From Bugula neritina (taxonomy: Eukaryota; Animalia; Bryozoa), in contig OZ037766.1 in NCBI GenBank assembly GCA_964035545.1, forward strand, positions 24,978,126 to 25,042,125: a stretch of 64,000 nt of DNA, in the 5' to 3' direction. Position numbers and translations under genes: made by a program. Positions 27,001-62,857 of this stretch are shown piece by piece. The notes beneath the pieces were generated by a model. It was given only the letters and a program-made list of their open reading frames with translations. It did not search any database and had not been told where the DNA came from. Each line of letters begins with the position of its first letter. The stretch's first letter is position 1.

Positions 27001-27618
27001 AGTGGTTTCATCATTCATTTCATCATTGGCAGACTTGATGATGGCTCTGCGAACCTTCTTAGGGACTGCGTCAACTGTCACTGCTTTACGCTTTGAGCCA
27101 ATAGATAACTTTGCTGAGAAGGGTGTTCCTTTTAATTTTTCTGTGACTGGTTTTATTACATTTCTAACAAAATCATCCACCACAGTAGCAGTTATTTCAG
27201 TCGGTGTCTTGTCCAATACAGCTTTTAAAGAATTCAAAGCAGTTTTAGCAGGAGTCTCTAGATGGCATTTGTTGCTTCTTTTCATTATCCACATTGGTCT
27301 ATGGTTTTCAGCGCATTCTAGGCAATTATTGTAGTTGTGCTTTAGTTTACTTGCTGCTGACAGCTTCTTGAAGTTTTGAAATGAGAAATAGGAAACAAAA
27401 TTATCTTTTTCTTTCTCCTTATTATTATTAACGTAGGATAGGGCGTTATTGAAATGCCTACTAGCTTGCTTTCTTTTTCTACTATAATCCTTGGCAGTTA
27501 ATCCTTTTGTGACTTTAAACTCTCTGTTGAAATGCTCTACTTCAGCACCTGATTTAAGGTGTATAAAGTAAATTGTTGCTAAAAATCCACACTGATTCTC
27601 ATTGTAATCTTTCCCCAT
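20066..27618 (-). CDS. Intron-containing DDE transposase (RAG1/Transib/CMC-like core), ~1181 aa; exons 27618-26749, 26422-26189, 26041-25885, 24402-24304, 24209-24121, 23897-23666, 23485-23313, 23212-23113, 22836-22642, 22521-22146, 21974-21792, 21681-21511, 21214-21084, 20920-20741, 20645-20586, 20361-20066
   Basis: Sixteen GT-AG exons with compatible phases sum to 3546 nt with no internal stop. Motifs: WHDHS (D1), RFFSGDSPA (D2), FPCMC, EPLHDLK and FHCLSVHLPE...AEHAERHF (HxxxxH plus E). The last three exons are less certain than the core. Confidence 0.8.
21008..21065. repeat. Compound (TA)n(TG)n(TA)n microsatellite in a transposase intron
   Basis: Directly visible in the sequence. Confidence 0.95.
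24497..25565. mobile_element. MITE nested in intron 3 of the transposase gene
   Basis: CAATATTCCGAAGGTGCATTAGTCCGAAAATT (24497-24528) is inverted at 25500-25531 (30/32). Further tandem copies of the ~15-bp AATGCACCTTCGGA unit follow. The exact ends are uncertain. Confidence 0.7.
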
Positions 27619-29040
27619 GGCTATCTTGTTTGTAACTGAACTGAATAACCCTGCACTGAGTCAGAAAAGGCGCAATTTTTGTATTTTAGTAATTCCAAGC
27701 AGCAACTGCTCCTACGTAATGCAACCACAAAAACAACAGGTTGTGTGGGTCTGGCTGTAGCAAATATTAATTGTAGCTATCGAAAACAGCACCCTAGCTA
27801 ATTGTATGACCACAATGGGTTAAGGCAGAATTTAGAAGTTTTGATGTGACTGTCATAGCTCATCAGCTTAAAAACCAAATGTCTGTGGTTTAATTCCAAA
27901 TTTGGGCAACAAGTTTTATAATGGAAAGTTTATATATAAGCATTGTTGATTAGCATTAGTTTAAGTTTTGCATTTTTTATTTTTATATCAATTAAAATTT
28001 TTGATATTTTAACCTAAGCACCCATGACTTAAATTCCTAAATTCCCTCTATTATAGTGCGTAGACGCACCAACCTAGTTAAATTACCAATTAACAAGTAA
28101 ACTACCATCACTGAAGTCAGCTTCTTACAAGGTTCAAGTGGCTCCAGTATGTTATTTATTATTTTCACTACACTAGTTAAATGTTAAAACAGATAATTGA
28201 TTATGAAGTGATGTAGTCACAAGGCCATAAAACATCCTTACACCCCCGTTCAATAGAAAGATTCTTTAAAATATAATATAGTACACTGCCTTACACTAAA
28301 CAGCTTTGAATAATCTGTAGTATAGATAGCAAAATAAAACTTGAATCTAAAATATGCATTGTATATGTATGTTTGGGATAGAAATTAGCCGTAAACTCAT
28401 AACCATACTATGTTTCTCATATTGGTATTTTTCACAATGCTACCTTACTAAGCAGGGCCACTGTGTTTGATGAGTCATATCATCACTATTTGCTGCTTTG
28501 ATTAAAAAGATGTAGAACTAGAACTGCCTTCTCTCACAGAAAGTGTTACAGTCATGCCAATGGCATCTATGGATAGAAAGCTAATAGTCAATAATCTCAA
28601 CCTTAGTTTAAAAGGGAGTACAATTTAGATTATTTGTTACATAGCCATTCTGAAAAAATTTCCCAAAAGGTAACAAGATTAAAAAAGTATTGAGGGCTTT
28701 TGTAATCCAACTGGGTAAAACATAATAATTTAAATTGATATAATTTCAATCACCAAATAGTAGGCTTATTATTGAGCTGTAACTTGATGAGAAGAGAATG
28801 CCATGTTGTAATACATGCAGCCTATGATAAATTGATGATAATTAACCACAGACACTGAGCAAACTCAACATTGACTGCACAAATAATAATAATTCGAAGA
28901 GGTGCAGCTCTAGTAGATGTGGCTGTTTATTGGTCACGGCTAAACCTCATGCTATATTATGATTAGTAGGCAACACGCACACCACCCACAGAGAAATAAT
29001 AATTAAGAACTGAGACTACAAATTCATCATATTTATGTGG

Positions 29041-29063
29041 AGGATGCCCTTAACTATCCTGTG
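29041..29063 (-). repeat. Right terminal inverted repeat of the large transposon
   Basis: AGGATGCCCTTAACTATCCTGTG. Confidence 0.9.
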
Positions 29064-32000
29064 AACATCAAAAAAAGTTACAATCTGTTTCAAAAATTTT
29101 AATTAATAATAAAATTCTCACCAAGATTGTAGAAGCAACAGATCAACAATTAAAACCGACAGTAAAAACAATGAAATGCTAATATATCAAGAGGTCAAGG
29201 GTCACTTAATGTGCTACCAGCCATGCACTAGTCATAATTATAGTAGAATATAACTATAAACAATAACATTTCAAGTGTTATTTTGGTTTAATGTGAGCAT
29301 TTTCTAGTGCTTAGAACATCCTGATCCTGTCAATAATGTGTCAAGTCCGTGTATAAAAAAACAATTCAAAAGTACAACAAGTATTTACATACTAGATTGG
29401 TCTTTTCAATGTAATGTAAAATAAAAGTAATTAATAGCTTTTTCATCAATTTTTATTTTCATTTTAGGCAAATCAAATACAGTTAAAAAAACTCTGACAA
29501 GATTAATTCATTTATATGACAGCTGTGATAGCTTTTATTTCATAAATTTATTTATATTTGAAATATCACCTTTTTGATGAGTGCCAATAATTGAACAACT
29601 TCGATCAGAGCTTATTGATGCAGTTTTAGTTTTCTGATAATTTATTATTAGGAGTATAATTTAGATTTTAAAGTGGTTTTATATATTATTCAACTAAGAA
29701 AAAGTTTAAAAAACAACTAATGCTGTCAACTAAAAATGCATTAAGCTGATCAAAATATATTTTTGTTTTTACCTTCTTCTGTCTACGTCAACGATGACCT
29801 GTGACCCGTGACCTAAAAACCATTATGCCACACAGTATAAGGCTACAAGGCTTATTATTTTGGTTGAAAATAAATCCACTATAGTGCATGCTATTGGTGG
29901 AACGTCGTGGCAATAGATTACACTGATACTATGCTTATCTACAATAAATATGCCCATCATCATACATTTTACCAGTGTGTGTCCTGACTTCGGTTAATTG
30001 TATGAAGGGGACATGCAATGAATTTAATCTATTGAAACACTCTAAATTTATATTTTAAAACTACTGAGAGGTCTAACTGACTGCTTGAGCTGCTGAAGGA
30101 TTAGCTCATGACTGAGAGTCGCACTGATCTGTGAAACACTCGCTGGTAGTGGTAGCTGGTAAGTGTCAAAGTTAGATGAAAACAACTACAATTATTACTA
30201 AGACAGTCACAGTATGACTACGAGTATGAGTATCACTATGACTATGAGTGAAGTTATGTAGTATTCTTTCTTGTTCCGGTTTGCAGTGACCTTATAGTTG
30301 TAATCATAACGTATGTATTACTAAGTCTAAGTCAATTGAATAGTCTATTGCCATAGTATAAGTATGTATTGGTAATTATTATTATCTAACACTTGACTTT
30401 TATTGTGATTGTATTTATAAATAAATATAAAACTGCTGTGTTTATTATAATGAATAATTACAATTATACTCATAGTTATAGCATAAGTATATAACTATAA
30501 GTGTTATATTTATTGGCTTCAAAGTTTGAGATTTTGGCTTTGTTCTAAGATTCTAATCTTCATCATATCTGTATCATCATGATCATCATATCTTTGTAAT
30601 ATTGGAAAAACTAATGTGTTCTTGAAAACTGCATACCTCAACCCGCTACACCTTATCCACCTCTAGCCCTATGTTTTTATCATAATTAAACAATATCAGT
30701 CTAAGTTTAAGAAACCATTATGATTATGATTATAAACTAAGTCTAAAGTTTTTGATAATGTAATATTTACATTTGAAGTTTTTATATAATAATAATTTAA
30801 TAGCTATGCATAACTTGAAAATAATTTTGATTAATTTTCATTTCGTATAATCTCCCACTAGGCCCAAGTATTGCTCTAACACCTCTAACTACAAGTCTAT
30901 TAAGGTGTTGCTCTGCTATCACTAATGGATTCTCAATTTTATATAAATCATATATTTGCATAATTTTCTATTTTTTACATATTTGTTTGCTTGCAAGTCA
31001 TTAACACTTTTATAAGTAGTCATTAATAATCCTATTGACATTCCGAGTCTTGAGGAAGGCCAGTGTTGTAGAAAAAGCGCAAAAAGTTATGTTCTCTTGA
31101 GATAATCTCGCGCATTCCAAATCAATATTTTTTCAAAAAATTGACTAAACAGAAGCTATTAAAATTTTTCCACTAATGCATTTAAATTTAAGATAAAATA
31201 TTAAACATATGGCAAAACCTTTTTAGCAATGATATTCAGGTTATTGCTGTCACAGCAGGGATGCTGTATGGTAAGGTTAAAATGTGTCCTGCATCCGTGT
31301 TATACATAAGCATTTGTGCCATTCAGCATCCAGCTGACATCATTACAAGTAAATGCTAAGTAACAGACTGATGATTCCCGAGGCAGAATTCAGCCTCTCT
31401 CCTTAAAATCAAATTCCTTTTCTGTTATGCTACTATAATTATAATATTGTCATCTTGCTTCACTTGTTGATGACCTGTTCAATGCAGTCTGTCATAATAT
31501 GCACTACAGATCAAAGGTGTCTCTAGTTGTTATGCACTTGACCAATTTTAGATCTTCATTGTCAAAACAGAAGAAAGCAGAAAGACTTAATGCTTCACTA
31601 GTTTTATAGGAGTTGCGTTTGGCAAAAATTAGCTATTTCATCATTGCAGTGTCTAGTTTCTAATTTTGGCTCACATATAATGTTGTTGTGGTTGGTAATA
31701 GCTAACAACAAAACAATATTTAGATGAGTTAGTTACTAAATATAACCATTTCAACATTTACCTAATCAATCATATATTTGTGGTGTTCAAAATCAACAAT
31801 GTCAAACAGAGTGACATAAAATACGTACAAACATACATATATGAAAATAGGTATTGAAGATAATTAATCTTGTTAGATCCTAACAATTTGTGTTTGGAAT
31901 TTGATTTGTTTTCAGAAAAACTTAATGTTGTGTGACGAAATGGAGTTTTGGTTTATAATTTTTTTTTTATATTTAGGAAATTAGGCCACTTTGTTTGTTT

Positions 32001-32422
32001 TTATACAGGAAATGGTTTATGGGTTTGTTTGATAATTGCAGTTAACTCATAGCTAGTATGTTGTCTTACCCAGCATTCAATAGCCTAGATCATAATTCGG
32101 GTTGTCTTGGTACCTTTAAGGAGGGGGGGGGGGGGCAGGCATCATTGCAGCTATAAATTGGTTAAACTGGTGTCTTTTCCACGCATTGAACAACTAGTTA
32201 CATAGGAATTATTATGCACCAAGAAGATTGCAGCTAGCCCATTTAACAAAGCTTCTATGACCCCTTTTCTAGCACAGTACATGTATAGTACTGAAATTTT
32301 GATTTGCTTGTTTAATATACAAGTTAGTGATGACATAATGAGCACTAGAACAAATTATTGTTATTATTTGCCAACAAAATATTAGCTAAACTTTAAAACA
32401 AGATTAAAATGTCTAGCTAAAG

Positions 32423-34007
32423 ATGGGACTCGATGAAAGAGGCCATGAGAAATATGGTAATAAATAATTGTCATTGACAGCCAAGCAGTAGTAATTCAGT
32501 TTGAAGTACAGTTGAATCAGTTGTAAAACCAAATCAAAACAACAGCTGCAGTTTAGATGGCATGTTGAATGAGAACTGCAGTTCCATTCCTAATTGCTTA
32601 CTATATAGTCACCTGTGGTTAAAAAATTGCTTGGGAAACTATAGTATGTTTTCTACATCATCTCAGTTAGACTGCAGTCAGTGCAAGACTTGGAGAAACT
32701 TTATCTCAATGCTGTTAGTTAGTCTCCCTCATTTCTCCTCCCTTATCACCTCACCTCAGCTCAATCTCAGGCTATTCAGTCTATCAAAACTGTTAGATCA
32801 ATCTTAGCTCATCAAATCATAGTTCAAAGATATATAAAATTGTAGACTAAAAGTGAAACTAATTTTGAATAGCTCTATATTACTATTATTATTTTTGGTA
32901 TATAATCAAAGTTATCATTATTGACTGCAGTGGGTGAGATAACGTACATAACTAGATAACCATGCACAATCTTTGGTGAATAGTAAAAACAAAACTGCAT
33001 ATTTTTAAGCCAACAACATTACCACATACCAGATAAGTGTAGTACATAAATTACCCACTATGTTGTAACAAAAGGAGAACTAAGCAAGACTAAAAAGATG
33101 CAGTGATTTAAAACTCTAACAGTACAGGAGGAAAATTCTACTGAACTCTTGCTATCATTTGAATTGAGATAAATATATAGAAACCAGCAACCTGAGAACT
33201 GTCAGGTCACTGGCGGTTAGATTAATATACTAACTCCTTATATTATAATATTTCTCAGTATGCAACGACTGCTATTTTGCATTTATCTATATTTCTATAT
33301 TTATATCTTATCAGGTTTATAATACTGGGTACCTCTTGTTAGTTCAAAGTTTGTATGTATTTAGCTGAGTATCTACAGTTCAGTGTTTGTTTTCAGCATT
33401 TTCCAAACTAGTCTACACATAATACCTGTCCTATATATGATATCTATATTCTATATTCTTGTCAACTGTCTAAACTCTAAAGTGATTAGGATTTCCAGTA
33501 ATTTCTAGTAATTTTTTATCATTGAGATAACCCATTTAATATGTCACAAACCTGTAAAATACAATACTGGATAGTAGCAATTTAGGGTATTCTAAGCATG
33601 CCCAGTATTAGCTTTGATTATATCCTATACAGTTTTATATTCAGAGTTGAAAACAAAGGTTAGCTATAACAAAGTAACAAAATATTGTTGTTGATTAGGA
33701 ATCCTATAATATCATATTAGTGAACATTTATATTAATGTCATTGTATAATTTAATTATTTACATCAAAGCTAGTTTTTGATAGAATTAAGTTGCTGTAAT
33801 TGTTATTAGCCTCAATGTGCAAATTGAATTAGTACCTGTTGGTATTAGTTAGAAAAGAAGAGACAATAATTTAGTTACTTTCTCTATTTCCAACAGACTA
33901 TAGTGAGTTTGAAGCTGCTGGCTTACCACAGAGAAAAGAAAGGGTCAGCATGCCTTTTAAAATTTCATCTCTGGCTAAAAGGTTTCAAATCAAAAGAAAA
34001 AAGTCAG
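32423..34007 (+). CDS. Candidate alternative first coding exons of the INF2-like gene (32423-32456 and 33897-34007)
   Basis: A 34-nt ATG exon ending G|GTAAT is followed by a 111-nt open exon with a polypyrimidine tract, CAG acceptor and G|GTAGG donor. The phase-1 exit is compatible with the acceptor at 42026. Confidence 0.45.
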
Positions 34008-34270
34008 GTAGGTTATGCATGAAGTAAAAAAAAGTAATTTTAAGCATTTTCTATTTTCCAAACATAATTTCAGTATAAATAAACGCCTACTTAGCCAAGA
34101 GAAAATTGTGTAGTGGGTATTGTGTAATTTTGAAAGAGTAATGTGTAATGGGTAATGTGCAATTTCGAATGTATAATGAGTGATGTGTAATGGGTAACAT
34201 GTAGCATGTAATGATTGTGTAAATAGTAATCTGTAAAAGGTAATGTGCATATCTGCATAGCCTGTTGTTA

Positions 34271-34716
34271 AGTTGCGTTTATACCTTCACGATTTTCGGT
34301 CAAAATTTCAATTTGGCCGGGTTGAAATTTCTCCGAGTTGCATTGCATTGTAAAAGCCACTCGTTGAAATTTTTGTACTGTGATAACTTAATCGGCCAAT
34401 TTTGGAATAGGAGTAATAACTCCTTGTAAACATCGTTATTTAGTTATTACTTTGGCGATTAGACAACGTACTTATACGTTATAATTATATAGCCTACGCT
34501 TTCTCAATTATTGCTTTTATGCTTTCCGCTTCACTAATTCACGACATTTACAAAGGGCATCAAATAGCTATTATGCGAGTCAAATTTCAATTTCAGAAAG
34601 TGAGCAACCGCATCAATATGATTTCAACGAGTTTAAGTTTGACTATAAAGGGGTACCCGGAAAAGCGTTATTAACCTAAACTCGGTACTTTTTTCAGCAG
34701 AGGTATAAACGCAACT
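34271..34716. mobile_element. MITE, possibly PIF/Harbinger-like
   Basis: The TIRs are AGTTGCGTTTATACCT and AGGTATAAACGCAACT. The flanks TTA and TTT form only an imperfect 3-bp TSD. Confidence 0.65.
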
Positions 34717-37700
34717 TTTGACTAGCCAACTAAAGAAATCAAACTGCATGCCAACCAAAGTTTGCAGATGAGCTATCAGATTAGAATGATGATTATGCAA
34801 CACTTTGTCAGTAGATATTATCAATTAGTTGATGATCCACTAGCCCAGTCATTTATGATTTTTAGTTTATCAATAGGTTCTGAGATGTGCTTTTTTATTA
34901 GGTTTTAATGCATGATAATAATATGAACCTATGCAGGTATATCTGCTAGAAACGAGGCTTTAATTCAAAATGCTCTGTATAATAACATTGTACTGGTATG
35001 TTAAAGTTTACAAGAAACTGTTTAGTTAGGCTTGCACTAAGCTACTGCAATATGTTACTGTTGCAACTTCAATGCTAATGTCATTCATCACTATCATTTA
35101 TACGAAGTAGTCAGATCCAATAATAGACAATTGTTCTGTAACAACATAATCATTGTTTGGTTATATCACTATCAAACCCTTCCTATATTGAAGTTGGCTA
35201 TTTCCTTTGATAATGGCGTACTTGAACTTTGGACTTGACTTCCAAAATTAAGGTAGAGCCACTCGACATAATATATTTCAGCCAATTATATACAGCCTAA
35301 ATATGCTAAGACACATCATTATCACAACCATTGTGCTGATATGTTTCTACAACACATCAGCACTAAGTCAATTGTGTTACTATAGGGCATAGTCTAAATT
35401 ACCTTACGGCATTGCTACAATGTTCTATACTAACACAGCAGTAACTATAGATTCTAAAAGATATTAAGACAATCATAATTTAGAAACTAATTAAATAATG
35501 TAATAGCAGTTGATTATATTTATAACCATAATAATGTGTAATATACTCTTGAAAAATTCAAATGATAATTCCTATAATATAATGAATCATTATACAGCTC
35601 AAAGAGTTGTCGTCTCTTGTTTTAATGTCTCCATTAATTCACTTCTATATCTATCTTTTACCCTGCAAATGGATACTCAGAAGGATTATTCTGTGGTTTC
35701 CGTTTATTTATATTATATGTATGACTCTATTTTCTATAGAGCAAAGCTCACCAGAATAATAGCAAAATAGTTGTTATACAAATGGTCATGAAATATAGGC
35801 AAATTCTATTAGGAAACTACTAGAAACTTGTTGATTCGAGTTCTAATTGTATATGTTTTGTGCAGTCACTTTTGTCCCATCTGCTACTGTAACTAGAGCA
35901 ACATGCTAAGCATACAACATTGTTACAGTTTATCATTTATTTCTGTGTGAAAACTTTGAACTGGGCGAGTGTACAGTAGCTAATGTATTCAAATATTTGC
36001 TTACAAGGTGTAGCTTTACCAAGCTGATAATGTCACATTTTTAAACCAATATGATAGCTATATCTGGTGTGTGGGGTAGCCCAAGTCCCATTAACATTTT
36101 TCTACTCTAATTTTGTTTCAGGGCTAAATTATTGCCTAAAAAGCAGCATGCTATAAACTGAGAAGCATATGAAAATACTTATGTTTTTTATAAAATATTG
36201 AGTAATTGATTTTCGTAGCTTAATATGCATTGACTGTGATAAGAAGTAAATATGAGATTGAAATAGTAGAAGAATTCATATTTTCATCTCCAACTCATTC
36301 TGCTTTCAATTTACTTGTGCTCCAATGTGACGCTTTTCATAGACAAGATTTAAAGATATTACTTTTAAATATGCTGGGCCATTAGGACTGCTTTCAATTT
36401 AGACTAACGATTGTTTCTTTAATCGTTGTTGTTAGAATTTAGTTTGTGCTCAAAGCTGACTTATAAATATTTGACTATTTTGACTTATAAATATTGGGTA
36501 CACTATAGGTACCTTTTTGTTATGGAATGTATTATTTTCTAAAAAATACCTTCCCAAAAGAGACAAAGTTACCAGGGCTAGTGTGGTACTAGAAAAAATG
36601 TAAGCAATTTTGAGTTATTGCATAAAACCGAAACAGCCAAACTTCTCTGAGAAGTAACTAACAATAGCTTATAGTGTATAGTGATTTAAGTAGATTATAA
36701 AAAATTAATTATTTGTAAGCTATTGCAGGCTAGATAATTTATTCACTGAGAAAAGTTAATTAAGCCATTTTTCCTGTTTTGAAATGTAAGCTGGGTCAAC
36801 GTCCTCAGAAATAATTATTTAGGTCACATTTCTAGGTCAGTGGCCACAATGCCCTCAAAGTCTTAATATCAAAGTACCGTGTTTATAAACAAAAACATCA
36901 TATTCAATGGAGCATCTGTAAACAAGTATAAGTTATTGCAACAGTGTTGAAAACAAGCATCTTATATTGCTAATTATTGCTTGCAATAGCTGTCCTAACA
37001 GCTTCAAACTTTAACTTCTGTGTGAATCAAAGGATGTCTTTTATGATAACATTAATCTGATGTTGGCTAGTGTAGATCAGCTTTCCACCATGATAGTATT
37101 GTGAACAGTAAGAAATAGGGTCACTAATTATCTCTAGCTTTGTTTCAAGGCCAGCTGTTTGTTATTTACTTGGTCTTCAACAAAGAGCTGATCTAGTGCT
37201 TTGAAATTGTGTGGTTTTGGAGACTAAACTGAATATTGTAACCTGAATAAGTAAGGTGCTCTGTATAAGAGTATGCACTGTCTACAGTAGCACAGTCTAG
37301 TGGTAGTAGCTTGAAGGTGGCTGACTGAAGTATAGCATGTCTAGAAGTCAGCTTGGGGGTTTGTCTAAACACAATTCCTTCGTGGAGGGTGAGTTGAATT
37401 GAACTAGTCTATTTGAACGTATTTTGTAAAGTCTGTACAGTGAGTATCTAAGCTTGATAGAAACATTTTACAGTCTAATTGAGTTTCTATACTTAGATCA
37501 TATACTTATTACTCTACAGTCTAAACTTTTACTACATAACATAAGCTAATGTAATCAAAATGTAGTAATCCCTCCAAATCTCACTAATCTGTTGGTCTCC
37601 AAACCTCGATTCGTGACACAGTCGACTATCAGATTCAACTCACACATCTGTTGAATTGAATCGGCCATTTTGTCCCTATACACAAATACGGTTTTAGGTA

Positions 37701-38953
37701 AAAATGGCACCGTAAAAATTGAACTTTGTGAGAAATGGAACTGCAACTAAATTGACAAGACAATACATTGCAATTTTTGACAGATAAATGCTAATCATTG
37801 ATTATCTAAAAATGAGTCTATGATAATAATATCCAGCTAACCATTTTATGCTCAAATATCACTCACAATTGGAGTTGTGTCGCCTAGTAATGTTTCTTTA
37901 AACATTTCATTTTGAAGTTGTAGCCCATACTTTAGGCTTTTAGGCTTTGCAATAAGTAGCCCCAGACTTGATGTTATAACTTATGTTGGTGATTCTGTAG
38001 ATGACTTCACAAGAACAGTTTTTTTAGTCTATGAAACTCGCTAAAGAAATATACATCCACATCCAAAGTTTGGTAGTGAGTGTGATCATATACAACTCAG
38101 GCCAACCTGCATTAAGCTATCATTTTTAAAATAGACTTTTGAAGGTCAAGAAATTACTTGTTTGCCCAGCTTTCTTATGTGAAGTGTATAAGACTTGTAA
38201 ATAGCTCATGCAGTCTTACACAAAAATCCTATTCTGTTACACTTTTAAGAAAATTATGATTATTATTAATGCAAGCTGATAAGTTGTATAAATATAACAG
38301 ATATGCAAATTAGATTAAAATAAGGCCAATATTTTTCTCATAAATAACACAAGTCATATAACTATTGTCATATCTTTATGGCTTATTGCCAATTCACCTA
38401 CTTTTACTGTTTCAAGCACACCCAGAACAAGTGTGGTACCATTTTATTTCAGCAGTTTTCTTTAGGTCAAATTTTAAACTTTTAAGCAGGAAATTTTGTT
38501 ATGAATGTGGCTTTTGACAAGTGTATTTTGAGATGCTAGCTATTATATAAGAACAAACAGGGCATTGTCTGCTTATTGCTTATTGCTTATACTAATCAAA
38601 TATAGTATAATAATGTAGTATGTTACCAAACAGAATTATGGATGCACTAAATATGAAGCACTGTGTGTATATCAATAAGTATATTTCACTAAATTACTTG
38701 ACTTTTTCAACCTAATATATTATATCAATTCTTGAATACACTTTCAAAAATTGTGAGACATTCCAAAAGCTATAAATTTTCAGCCCATAGTGATAAAATT
38801 GATGAGATTGTTGGACATGACCTGGATTTTTGCTGTGGTAGTTGCCAGAATATAAGTAGACATAACTCCTAAAGTTAGTAAATGGTGGGAAAGTTGAAAG
38901 CATGCTTTTGTGGGTTCACAGGTGTTGGTATATTTGGGCAAGCCTTGTTGCAT

Positions 38954-39081
38954 GAATGGTTCTGGGAGTGACCAGGTGCAGTAGTTTGGGTTCGTGAGTT
39001 TGGAGTTGGTGATTTATCGAAACCGAACTACAAACTACTGCACTCAGTCACCTCCAACTCGGAGCTGCTTATAGAACAGTA
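38954..39081. mobile_element. Degenerate relative of the 44722-44852 fold-back MITE
   Basis: It shares GTGCAGTAG...CTACTGCACT and CCAACTC(G/C)GAGCTGCTT(A/C)TAGAAC with that element. Confidence 0.6.
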
Positions 39082-39779
39082 TTTTTGCAGGTTAAAGCAG
39101 AGAGTTTACTATAATTATGCTATGCTTTCAGCTATTTGCAGCTGCTTTGCTTATTTGCTATCTTTTAATCAGCTATTAAAATTTTTCACACAGCTATTTG
39201 TGAAACCAATACATGACATTTCACAGTTATTGACCTATCTTTATGACCTTTAATAATAATACAACTATTGTGCCACAACTAAGTATTATTATATTATATT
39301 ATTCCAATGAATCACCACAAATCCTGGGTGTGTGTACTAAAGAAGTCAGGAATTTAAAGCAATATGTGTATTGCTCACAGTATATAATTTATAAGAGTAG
39401 TGTAGTGATAGTTATATTAATTACATGATTGATGTCTTTTGATGGATCCGTCATGATCCAATGATTATAAAATAAATTGTCTCTCTCCTATGCCAGCTGG
39501 CTCTATTCTTGTGCAAGAGCTCATAGAATACTCAATGAATCCTGCTGAGTTGCAGTAGTATAAAATAGCCAACCTCTAGACATAACATACCAATTAAACT
39601 TGGAGTTGCACTCATGGCATTCCATTGAGGGCTGGCTGCCTTAGCTTTGGACTGATGCCATATGATTAGGTCACCTTAGCCGGCTGAGGTCACATGCTGC
39701 ATACACCATTTGAGGGATTCATCTGGCTGCGATTGAAAGGAAGAGTGACACTACTGGATCTTCTATTCACGCTATAATC

Positions 39780-62857
<23,078 letters not shown>

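Larger units (their letters stand above)
18105..29063 (-). mobile_element. Full-length (~10.96 kb) cut-and-paste DNA transposon with CAC...GTG termini, CMC/Transib-RAG1-related
   Basis: The left end CACAGGATAGTTAAGGGCAACCT (18105-18127) and right end AGGATGCCCTTAACTATCCTGTG (29041-29063) are inverted repeats matching at 22/23 positions. They bracket a DDE transposase gene. The flanks are TAAAA|...|AACAT, so the possible TSD is 2-bp AA. Confidence 0.85.

Noticed and set aside
26987-27334. 115-aa + strand ORF
   Set aside because: It is the antisense shadow of transposase exon 1.
19620-30240. CATAGTG (19620) and CACTATG (30234) as Transib-like heptamers
   Set aside because: They face outward and have no extended inverted match.
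19830-30250. GAGTAT-type hexamer runs at ~19830-19870 and ~30205-30250 as element ends
   Set aside because: They are in the same orientation and low complexity. The true inverted repeats are at 18105 and 29063.
31200-31660. Slightly GC-richer stretch suggestive of decayed coding sequence
   Set aside because: The frames I read were interrupted by stops and showed no recognisable homology.
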